DNA of 64,000 nt, taken from positions 310,001-374,000 of the forward strand of contig JAAOMT010000034.1 of the NCBI GenBank assembly GCA_016748015.1, given 5' to 3'. Origin of the DNA: Geosiphon pyriformis uo1. Lineage: Eukaryota; Fungi; Glomeromycota. Shown piece by piece: positions 1 to 11,519 of the stretch. The notes beneath the pieces are model-generated. The model saw only the letters and a program-made list of their open reading frames with translations, was not told the DNA's origin and ran no database searches. A program made the translations under genes and the position numbers. Each line of letters begins with the position of its first letter. The stretch's first letter is position 1.

Positions 1-223
1 TGATACTTATAATAATAATAATATTTAAAAATTTTCTACCAGATATAATATTTGTACAAAGTACTAATTTTTATTATAGTAAACTCTAATTTTTTTTTTA
101 TTAACATTTAACGAGTGAAGTCCAAACACTGCCTAGTGCAATACATCATACAAATGATCTAAACTAGGTGTGAATCATGCATTATCTACATGTGACCAGC
201 CACTCGGACCAATCAGGACAATA

Positions 224-3200
224 CTAAGCACCTATATGAACAGAAACCTCATCTCCTATGCCTGAAAAAAACAAACAAGACTTACAGAATCCAAAACCAA
301 CACCAATTGCCTCAGCAACACCCAGCAGCCAAGTCATACCAGATGACAGCCCTAAAGAAAGCCCAGAAATCGAGACAGGAACTGATCCATCACACGGAAT
401 AAGCCCATTTTTTTCCATAAAAGCATGGTGCTTGGCGCGAACCAACCAAATGTCTTTCCAAAAAGCCAAGCTAAACTCACGCACAAAGGCCACAATGTTC
501 TGACCCACTATCCTGGAATTCTTGAAGACAGAAACAGACTCACGAAACCAATTCTTGAAAACAAAACCTTTGTATAGAGCAATACTAACTGAAATGTCAG
601 ATACACAAGTAGACATCAGCTGTGAGACACTTGAGAAAGAATGAGCCAAACCAGAGTGCACACCCCAAACTGCTGCATAAACATCCAACAACTGAGCACA
701 ACCATTGGCATCAAATGAACAAGAAAACACATGGTCTGAGACCTTAACATCACCGCAAAACAAAAACATCACACTGGGGTATTGCTTATCATAAAGCCGC
801 TTACGCATGGTGACAGGGAGCCGATGGTGCAATGTTTTCATAAAGTAAGTCTGGAAACCAGCAGTCCGCTTGCTAGTGAAGCCAGCAGCCATGTGAAAAT
901 CCGAATGCCAAACCAGTGATGACTTAAACCAATCAATATCTGTATGCAGACTATCTGCCACCACCCCCATACCACAACTAATTTCCCAATGTGCACGATG
1001 AACTGACTGAAAAATATCCTGAACAAAATGTCTAGAATTACCAGAAATGACTGTTCCCCCACCCCTAAGATAGTGTTCATCAACAGAATGGGACAGATGC
1101 CAACCAGAAAGAGCTGCAGTCCTAGCCAACTTATCAGCTCATTCATTGCCTAAAACCCCTGAGTGTCTTTTTATCTTACACCAATTAACTTTTAAATTCT
1201 TATGACAAATGACATTAACAATATGGCAGCATTCAATCCAACACCAATTCCTAAAATCTGGGCAAACCAATTCCATTTCCAACCTGCAAGCATTCAAAGC
1301 AGCCTGATTGTCTGAGAACAAGTTGACTGAGCGAGAAGAAGGGACGCACTCAAGTGCCAAAGCAATAGCCTGCAGTTCCGTCAAGGTAGAAGACATCAAA
1401 CCAGATACCCTCACATCCAAACCCATATCAATGTCCTCAAAGAAAACAGCAGCCCCAGCTTTCATGTCAACAGTCTTTAAATCACTCAGAGATCCATCTG
1501 TATAAACAGAAAAACAACCAACATTAGAATTGAATAAACCGGCGCCAATGATACCAAACTCATGAGACCAAAGAACATCTGAAGAGCCATGACTAGCCAA
1601 AAGTGTGGAGCAGACAGGAAGAAAAGACATGCCACCAAGAAAACAAACCAACAGCTCAAACCAGACAGGAACCAGACCATGTGGGTCTAACTGCTTCCAC
1701 TGTTTGAAGGTCTTCCACTCGAAAACAGTCCTATTTCAGTCCTGTAACTGGTCTATGAAAGCAATTTCATAATGCCGAAGTGAAGAGACACTCTTGACAT
1801 AATTTGATTCACCAAGAACAAGAGACATTGGGATTCCACCTTGACAACAAAAAGCACTAGTCAGAAAGCCACCCAATGACAAATCACATCCAGAGAAAAT
1901 ATGCACCACACCTGCCAGAAAATTGTTTAGAGAATTAACTTTGACATGAACTGGACACTGTAATGGATGTAGCGGGCGCCAGCAAAAGACTTGCAGATCA
2001 TGTGACTGGTAAGAAAATAGACGCCCCAAAATCCCAACAGAGTTCACGAAAGAAATGACCGAAGCCAACTTGCTTTCAGCTTGAACTTGCTCAAAAGTCT
2101 TCAAACCATACAGAGAGGGATGATGAATCACATCATTGGGGAAATCACGTGGCAAACCAGACTTAGATCTCAAGCCCTTATGAATCAAAGTGTCCCACTT
2201 TCTACAAGAACTAATAGGAACGTAACTGAACTGTATTCTATATTCAATGATAGGAAAGAGGACCGCCGAAACCAAATATGAAAGTTGCTTATCAGATACT
2301 GTCTTTTTCAAGACTAAATTAGAAAAAAACTGGACATCAGAATGTGCCTTAGCCAAACTAGGCTTCGAAAGACCTTTAGTTAACAAATAGATCCCCAAAT
2401 AGTGATGCAATTCCCCCTTCTTGGCAATAGAAATAGGTGACCCACTGATCAGCAAAAAGGAAGCTGTACCATCACAATTGATGGGAATGGCAACAGTCTT
2501 ATCATTATTAATTGAGATGTCATTGATATTGAAAAATTCACTAGCAACATTGAGAATGTGTTGTGTGGCACTTTGACTGCTGCCAACCCATATAGTATCA
2601 TCAACAAAGACACCCGCTGCAAAAAATAAAGATACACCAGTCCGAGACTCAGCATGATCACATCCAGAAATAAAATGAGAATTCAATCTATAGCCACACC
2701 CATCTGCCTATCTCTTAACTTCACACAAAAGGGGATCATAAAATATGCACCAGAGAAGTGGTGAGAATACCTCCCTCTGGTCCAAGCCATCATGCATCAC
2801 ATACCCATTCATTAAACCAAAATCCATCATAACTCTGTTAACGCGACCACTGTAGATGCCGCCAAAGAACCTAATGAACCTGCTACACATCTTTATCCTA
2901 ACCAAACTGTCCTGAAGGTGTTCCCACCCAACAGAATCATAAGCCTTCCGCATGTCTTGCAAGACCAACCAGAGTTCACGATTCTTCTTCAAAGCATCCT
3001 CAATAACTAAACCAATGGCAAAAATGGGAGACTGTGTTGTCATACCCTTTAAAACCGAAAAATTGTCCCCACGCAGAACATCAAAAGTACTACAAGCCAA
3101 CGAGATCCTATCTGAAAAAATCTTGAAAAGAATCTTGCAGGCAGTTTTAATCAAGGCAATAGGTTGGGTGTTTGTAAGAACTCCTTCTCACTCATATGGC

Positions 3201-4912
3201 TTAGGGATCATTGAGACCCAGGCTTCCTTCCAAGCACTAGGTATTGACTCATAAATCAAACAAAAATTTAAAAGCACCAAAAGCATGTCCAAAATTAATC
3301 TGTCACAGTGTTTCCAGAGCTCGTTTGAAATCTCAGAAAAACCAGCAGTCTTGCCTTCAGACAGACCAAAAACCACATTGAACAATTTATTGAAACCAAT
3401 AGGACACATTATACCAGAAAATACACTATCGAAAACATGTTCCAAAGGTTTGTACTGGTAAAACCAAATATTGGAGATATTTGGCACCACCTTGTGCTTC
3501 CTGGTCTAGCCTTTCATGATCCCATCCACCCTAGCCTTGACTGAGCTGGGCTCTAAAATCAACTTGTCACCCACAATCAGATAATCCAGTACCACTTTGT
3601 GAAAAGGACACTCCAAAACACTCCTGATAGTATGACCCTTGTCTGATTCGAAACTTTCTATTCTTCTATCAATAGCCACCCTGATATGGAATTCCTTAGC
3701 ACATTTGGATTCCAACAACTTAGCAGAGCGGTAAGACTTCCTTGTCTTAGCCAAAGCCAACTAAATCCTGTTAAAACTGGAGCTTGAAAGAAATAAAGAC
3801 TTTACTACTGAAGCACTATTGACATCGAGCTTCTCTCATGTATTCAATAACGACACAAATTCCACACTAGACAACAAATGAGATGCCTTAACCAGCTTGG
3901 ATACCAGCAACTCAAGCTTGTGAAACCTAGAAGAACTCTTGGTAAAAATCTCATCATAACCCTTAAACCATTTCTTTTTGAATGTTCCAATTGCTGAGAG
4001 AACTATTACTTTGTGTACAATATCCCACATAGCATCCAAATCTGAAGATTCTGCAGAAGCAGTGAAATCCCTCGAAAACATTAGGCCATTGGCCAACATA
4101 GCATCCTTAAAATTGTTCCACCCTTTCTTGCCAGCATTCCCGAAATCAAACTTCCAATGATCTTTATTAGCCTGCTTGCATATCAAATTCAGCTGAGAGT
4201 CAAGCAAGCCACCCAAACCCACAGAAACAGAAACAGCTTTATGATCAGTATCAAAAAAGTCCTCGACCCCAGTCACACCACAATCCACTACAACATTGAT
4301 CAAGCTCGAAGAGACGAACATATAGTCAATGGTCTTGACAACACCACGAGAGTTACCCCATGTTGGCATCTTTGCAAGCACACTTTCACCCAAGGCATTA
4401 ACTAGACCCAGATCAAAGCACTTTTTGAAACTGGCACTCTTACGAATGCCATCCTTATTGAAGTCGCCACTCAAGACCACAAAAGAAGATTCATTTATCG
4501 CCTTAGCAATCAAAAAATTGATGTCACCAGCCTGTGAGAATCGGACACTTGAAGAGGCACCAGTATAGAGATCCAAAACAGAAACCGAAAGTTTATTTTT
4601 GAAGAGAAGTCTGACAGAGAGGAGCCAGCCAGGCACCTCAGAAACCTTGAAAACATGTCTTGCCAAAGAAGAATTCATGACAATTAACACCTTAGCACCC
4701 AAAAAACCAGAATTCAGACCAGAAGTAAAAACCCGAACACCATCAAATTTGTTGGCCAACCATGGACAAACTTTCCCTTTAAGCTTTGACTCAGTAAAAA
4801 TAGAAACTAAATTGCCCATATTCCTATGCCAATGAATGACATCATCTTGCTTTACAGGATTGTTCAACCCACAAACATTACACGTAGCAATTTTCCACAC
4901 CAAACCACTCAT
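224..4912 (-). pseudogene. LINE ORF2: APE endonuclease, reverse transcriptase, RNase H, C-terminal Zn finger
   Basis: APE motifs (ATCNV.GLN, TESKL, GDFN, TIDY, TDHK), RT motifs (QDMRKAYDSV, GLDQ, FVDD at 2597-2608, YLGI), RNase H motifs (VYTDGS, ELQAI, FSD.QA, HSGVLGNE). Broken by in-frame stops. Confidence 0.93.
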
Positions 4913-6705
4913 TGAGAAAAAAGTAGAGGAAGAGCACCACCTGCCAAAGCCAAACCATCCAAGCACACCGATAGGCTCATGACCAAAGCAGAGAGACCTT
5001 CCAACATGTTTTCCAATTTCACAACCTCAGGTGAGGCAGTTGAATCTGTAATGGCAGCAGTCTTGTCACTAGTGACATTATCCAAACCCACTCCTATCAC
5101 TATATCCTCCCCTTGATTCTGTGATGGGAGGGTTACTGGCAGCTGACATCCAGGGCTAGACTGGGAAACTGCCGGCACAAATGAGTCTAACCTCTTAGCC
5201 AATTCACCAATTTGTTCCACAAGGCTGACAAAACTGCTCTCAATATTCTTCAAATGGTCTTCCAATTCACCACTAACAGTTGGGAGAGGTTTGCCATAAG
5301 ATACGGAACCAAATTGAGCTGAACCACTAAATGTCGCTAACAGAAGTAGTTTACCAACCACAGAAGCCCAGGTTTTTTCACCGAAAGCCAAAGGGCGGGA
5401 AACAGAGGCAGATTTTTTTTCATATATCTTAGCCAGACGGAGCTGATCCTGAGCTGAGAGAGGAGCTTTTTTGCTCCTAAGACTTGAGGATGCACCAGCA
5501 GTACAACAAGCGAGAGAAGTATGACCGAAATTTCTGCAAATTGAGCACAGTACAGTGGTCAAACAAGACCAATAGAGACCAACGCCTTTTATAACAGGAG
5601 TGTTTACCATTGCCTGAATAAGGCTACCCTTAGAATTGAAACACACAGTGGCACAGCATGTCTGGATATAACTAACAGAGTTGCGTTCAATAACACATGT
5701 TTTCCCACCAACCAAACTAATGAAGTCCCAAAGATCATAAGCGGTGGTGCCCATAAGGAGAGTATAAAGCAAAGCCCTGAACTCATCTCTGGTGTCTCAC
5801 GTTTGTTTGTTAACATCAGCCCGGGCCACATGCACTGTATTTTTCTCAATAAGGACAGACCACTTAGCCGCCAAGAGATCAGTCTAAATTTGATTTTCCA
5901 ATTTGATGATCACCTTTTACCATAGACCCACCAACTACATTTTGATCGACTTAATAAGCCCAAATTCAGAAATGGCTGCATCCACTGCCTTGATGGAAGT
6001 TTGCACAGAAATTTCTTTCAACACAATTGCCCAATTTGTACGATTGTTAATGGGGTGCTTAAGATTGGTGTTTACCACAACACCACAATTATTTGCCAAT
6101 TGAACAGCCATCATCATCACCTTTTCGGAAGTGAAAGATGCCCAGATGATTCCACCAAATTTTGAGGGAGCAGAGACCCCCCCAAAACCATTCACACCTG
6201 AGAAAATTTTTCTGACAAAGTTCAAATTCTCCTGAGATGATTTCTCAGCAACAGCCACGAGATCAATATCCAAAGCAAAGGACTTGCGAACAGGCACTTG
6301 AACGGATGGTTTGATAGGCAAAAGGGGTGAGAGAAGGAAAGAACCATTTAACACGTCATCGTTTATATTAACAGTACCATAATCAATCACACCCAGAGGC
6401 TTCCCTAACACATTCTTGGTCTTTACATGCAAACTCTTAGGCATTTGATCAGAATCCCCTCCTGTGAAAGCACCATTCTCACTATAGTCAACACTGGTTT
6501 CCTCAACCAAACACTCCTTCTCCATGTCAATACTCTCAGATTCAGTAGTGTTACCCGCCTCAGAACCCCATGAATAATTACCAAGAGCTTTATCAGCAAC
6601 CACTCTATTATCAACACTTTCCAATACACCACCTTTTCTCTTCTTCCTTGATGCAACTGTCTTAAAACCACTCTCAGAACCAGAAACTTTGGTAGCCTTC
6701 TTCAT
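4909..6705 (-). pseudogene. LINE ORF1 (RRM-like region, CCHC knuckle, coiled coil)
   Basis: CSICRNFGHTSLAC knuckle and SFALDID/NGFGG motifs shared with the other LINEs. Stop codon overlaps the ORF2 ATG (ATGA). Confidence 0.88.
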
Positions 6706-6889
6706 AACAGCAATAATAGAGCCAACAGTGGCCTCGTAATCGAAAAATGGTTTTGATTTATTGTATTGAATAGTAAAAAACTTTTTTCGAAAAAACTTTA
6801 GACTCTTTTTTGGGAATTTTGGACGAAGGAAAGAAAGAAGTTTTTTTTTTTAATTTTTTTTTTTTTTTTTTTTTTTTTTTCTAATGTTT

Positions 6890-9800
6890 TTTTAAATTTA
6901 AAAATAATAACAATAAATTATTAATAATGATAAATATTTGAAAAATAAGAAATAAAACAAGTATAATTATTAATTTGAAAATTATATTATTGATTTCAAA
7001 AACAGTACAGCTAAAAAAAAATTAACTAATTTGGTTTTAAAAGAATTTCTTAAAATAAAAACTTTTTTTTAATTAAAAAGAAAAAAAATCTGAACACTAT
7101 TTTTTTTAATTAATACAAATTAGTTACTAAGAATAATAGTAACAGAAAACAAGTTTTTAAAATTAACAATAATATATTCTTACAAATAAATAAGTTTTAA
7201 TTTAATAAAAGTAATAACACTAAAAATACCAAAAACATTTTTTATGTTATCAAAAAATATATTAAAAAAAATATTACAAAATATGACAGAAATAAAAAAA
7301 AAATCAAAAGTTATTATAAAAAATTTTGCAATTTTTTTTTTATTTAGTTTAACAAGTATAATCCAATCATTATCTAGAAATTAAGAACAAATTAAGTGTC
7401 TCAGGCTAAATATAATTCACATATTTCTTACATGTAACCAGCTACTCAAGCCAGTTCAGACTATACTATATTAATATAATGAAAGTAAATTTATTTAAAG
7501 CCAATATTCTCTGAATTATATCAAATAACTAAATACTATAAGAGACTAATCCAACCAGCCATTCAGCTATTTTCAAGAAATTAATCTTAATACTATTAGA
7601 CTTATGTGTTCAAAGAAACATCAAACTAGAAAATATATTATCATCAACACCAATTGGAAAATTTGAGTTACCAAACATGTCTATATTTTCTATACAACAC
7701 TTTTTTTTCAATGAAACTACCTTTTTCCTCAACTTATTGATAACTTTGCTAAAAAAATCCAGATAAATCATAAGTTTATTAACTCTAAGACTAAGAACAT
7801 TGCTCAAAACCAAATGACCACTAATAAACTGTTTAAATGTTGTAACCAAAGAGCCAATAGGCTTAACAATATACTCAATCAAAACAGAAAACTTAGTCAA
7901 ATCAGATTTTAAAGAAAACAAATAAGATAGCACCAAAGGATTACCAACAACAATTGAAAAAAAACAAAAAACAACAAAAGTGGAAATCCAAAAAAGCTTA
8001 AAAGAACAGAAATTTTGGCATAAGATTTTATGTTCACAAAACATAAAACAAATATCTTGAGAGTCTTTAAAAGAAAAAGCAGAAACATCTCACAATTTAC
8101 AGTCAAGTGGCCTATTTCTTAACACCTAAAACAGTATTAACAACCAGGTGTTTTTCATTAGATATGACACTTTTTTAGTGTATCAGTTTTAACAATAATA
8201 ACATTCAGATCAATTTAAGATTCAAATATAACCAGAACAAACTGAGAATAACAACCAGAATCAAGAGAGTAAGGAATAAAACATGTCTGACTACCAATCT
8301 AAGAAACCATATCACTAATTTTAAAAGCAGTATAACCAGAAAAAAAGTTAACTAGCTTGGCCTTAAACTTATTACAAAACAGAATAGTTTTATTTTGATT
8401 TACTAAAAGAAAGATTCTAATACTATTTTTGTTTACTAAAACTGATTAATAACTTAAAGCAGACACAGCAGAGTCCAACTTTTCAAAATAAACAATCACA
8501 TATTGCCAAACACCAATAGGCTTCAGCATAATATGAGCAATACTATCAAACAAACTGAGAACTGTCTTAATATCAGCAGCAAATACACTCAAAAGCACAT
8601 CATACAATACAACAGCAACAGAAGAGGAATCCAATTCAGAAACTACTAAAGATTTGGCAATTTTAAGAGTGGCTAAGCAAACAAAACTCATAAGCTTAAC
8701 CAAAAATGCAGCTTTCAAAAATACTTGAAAAGCAAATTCCATATAAAAGAGTTTTACATTGTTCTTTGACACCAACTTTACATCCAGAAAACCATGTATA
8801 GACTAAAAAACAGTCTTAACATAAGCCAATTTGATTTTAAAAGTAGCACCAAACACTAGAGTAGAAACTATTTACTTAGCAAACTTTTGACAACTAGTAA
8901 TAGTTTTTTAAACACCACTAATGACAGCACCAAAAACCAGAGAAGAAAATGAATTAGTTTTTATTTAGTCAGCCCAATTCACAAGAACAGATAGCACTAT
9001 AGAAAATAGTTGTTTTGCTTTTAAAATTAGCAATAATCTGCTAAAAAACATTATATTTGACAACACAACCAGTGGTTGATCTTGGCCCATTTTGAATAAT
9101 GTGCCAGATAATACTATAAAGATCTTACTTAAGATCTTATCAGAAACCACAAAGGGTTTCAATGTAACAATAGTAAAAGCAAGTGACTGCTTCTACTTTT
9201 CTGAACTTTTGGTTTTTTTGACCATTTTTTTTAAAGAGGTAGTGTTAACAGCACTAGATATTAAAGCTATGGAAAAGAAAACCAGCTTGTTTACTAATCT
9301 ATTATTGAAAACTTTTGGGCTCTTAATTGGAATAGAGACAACACTAGAACTAATCCAAGTGTGTCTCTTTGAAAGAACTTTGACTGGTAAAAAACCAGCC
9401 AAAGATGAAAAAGTTGCTTTAGTAACTACCAAAGGCAGCTTTTCATGATTATTAGGTAAAAAAAAGGCTTCTAAAATGTTCTGTCTGATTGCTTTTACAA
9501 CAGAGAGAGCTTTTTTGGTTGAAATTTTATTAGATATCTTAAGAAAGATATCAGGTGCAACTTTTTTACTCTTTGCTTTAGTTGTGGTCATAAAATTAAA
9601 GAGACAAAAAATTGCAATCTTAAGTATAATTAAAAAGAAAAAATTATTAATAAAAACTTTAATAATAATAACCAAAAAACTTTTAAAAACAAAATATACA
9701 TAAAACAATTTAATATTGTTTTTGAAAACTAACTTAAATTTAACAAAACCAAGCAGTAGATAAAACAAAAAATTAACTAAGACCAATTTAATTTTAAAAA

Positions 9801-10575
9801 TAACATTAAGCATTAGAATAAAAGCCATTTATTCAAAAAAATTTTAATGATTAAAAATTGTTTTTTAAGAACTACCAAAAACAATACCAGAAACAAAGAA
9901 GTAAAAATTGATTCAATTTCTATTTAATTAACCCAATTTTTAAGATTAAGTAATCTAATAGATTGTTTTGCTTTTAAAACTGACAATAATCTGCCAAAAA
10001 ACACCACATTTAATAATATAGTTAGTGATTAATCTTGACTTATTATAGAAAATATATTGTTATTATTGTTGTCTATATTAAGAAAAAAACTAGTTATTAC
10101 TAAGAAAATTTTATTTAAAACTACAAAAAAGTTTAATATAACAATAATAAACACAAATAACTATTGTTGTTTTTTGGACTTTTTGAATTTTTTGGCTATT
10201 TAAAAAGTAATAATAGTAATATTAATGATAATAGTAAAGAAAACCAGTTTGTTAATTAGTCTGTTGTTAAATACTTTTGGGCTTTTAAAAAAATAAAAAC
10301 AATATTAAAATTAATTTAAATGTGTTTTTTAAAAAAAATTTTGATTAAAAAAGAATTACCAGCTAAAGATAAAAAATATGTTTTAGAAGTTACCAAAAGC
10401 AGTTTTTTACTATTAATATTTAAGAAAAATATTGTCAAAACATTTTGTTTAACTGCTTTAACAATAAAAAAATTGTTTTTTGTTAAAATTTTATTAATTA
10501 TTATAGAGAAAATAATATTTAAAACTTTTTTATTCTTTGTTTTAGTTGTGATTATAAAAATAAAAAATAAAAAAA
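6890..10575 (-). mobile_element. Old, heavily mutated ORF1-only element, split by the younger copy at 7333-9611
   Basis: 9619-10560 matches the family N-terminus (ITTKTKNKK). 6890-7325 continues the frame across the TTGCAAT TSD (LKIAKF.. vs LKIAKSL..). Outer ends approximate. Confidence 0.7.
7333..9611 (-). mobile_element. ORF1-only non-autonomous LINE-derived element (HAL1-like), copy A
   Basis: ATG at 9591 (MTTTKAKSKK), knuckle CFRC*EIGHLTVNC at ~8095-8136, LINE-type 3' tail ~7345-7460, poly(A), TSD TTGCAAT at 7326-7332 and 9612-9618. No ORF2. Confidence 0.85.
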
Positions 10576-10596
10576 GCTATTTTAATTGTATTATAT

Positions 10597-11348
10597 TGTT
10601 ATGGGTTGGAGTAACAAGCTAACAGATAGCAAAAGAAAACAGAATTGTAGAGTAATAAAAGTAATCAAAGAGAATTTAACTTCAAAGAACGAATTAAATG
10701 AATATAGATTCAATGTGCGAGATCAGTCTCATAAAATATTTCAGTTATTATACTTTTCAAAAGATAACCAGAAATCTAAAGGTAGAGAAATAGTCTGTAT
10801 TGTCAACAAATAATCACACCTGGTATAATTTTATGTCTCACATCGGTGCTCTTAGAATTCAATATCAGGTATTAGATGTATTCTTCAGTTATGTTTTATT
10901 TAATAATCTTCAAATGCTGCAATTACATGTTTCAGAAAAAGGTTAAGGAATAACCAACAAGTGATTTTTTATCCCAAGATATTTGGATACTTAAAGGTAA
11001 AGAAAGGAAAATCTAGTGATAAGAGAAAGATTAAGATGAAAGTTGTTATTTTATTTATTTAATTTTCTTGATTTCTTACATACTTTTCTACAGCTAAGAG
11101 ATTCATCACTTATATAGCTATCAAAAATGGTCAATAATCAGATTAACAACTAGGTCAATGATCAGATCAATAATCAGGTCAATAATCAGGTCATTAATCA
11201 GGTCAATGATCAGGTTAATAGTCAGGTTAACAATCAGGTCATTAATTAGATCAATAATCACTTTCTAAAAATAGAGTGGCTAATTTATATGATATTAGTG
11301 GCTAATACATGTGATAATTAATAAGAAGTATAAGTTTTAACCATAATA
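10597..11348 (-). mobile_element. Solo LTR, family B, copy 1
   Basis: Termini TGTTATGG...CCATAATA (CA decayed to TA), ATAT on both flanks, TATATAAG on the minus strand at ~11109-11116. Homologous in inverted orientation to 62780-63480. Confidence 0.75.
11129..11260. repeat. 12-bp tandem repeat, 11 units (consensus GGTCAATAATCA), inside the solo LTR
   Basis: Units read directly and differ mostly by transitions. About 6 units in the copy at ~62870-62940. Confidence 0.9.
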
Positions 11349-11519
11349 ATATTATTAATATTATAAAAAAATTTTTATTAAAATTGTTATATATGTTTTT
11401 ATTTTATTTTTTATTAATTATATATAATTTACTTTTTTTTAAAAACTAATCTAAACTCTATTTATTGTTATTAGAATCTTTTTTAAAACTATTTTTATAA
11501 TTATTTAAAGTGTTTTTTT

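Larger units (their letters stand above)
91..6879 (-). mobile_element. LINE-1 of window: full-length L1-like non-LTR retrotransposon with RNase H (inactivated)
   Basis: Poly(T) 91-99 (3' tail), 3' UTR 100-223, ORF2 224-4912, ORF1 4909-6705, 5' UTR to ~6840 shared with LINE-2 and LINE-3. Candidate TSD TCTAAT at 85-90 and 6880-6885. Confidence 0.93.

Noticed and set aside
150-225. tRNA- or SINE-derived sequence in the LINE tail (TGGTCCGAGTGG resembles an A-box)
   Set aside because: No convincing B-box or cloverleaf; hairpin pairing explains the motif better. A tRNAscan/Rfam search would settle it.
100-225. Hammerhead or HDV-like ribozyme in the tail
   Set aside because: The CUGANGA/GAAA core is not correctly placed, and no HDV nested pseudoknot could be built by eye.
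11129-11260. CRISPR-like array
   Set aside because: Contiguous 12-bp units with no spacers, inside an LTR-like element in eukaryotic DNA.
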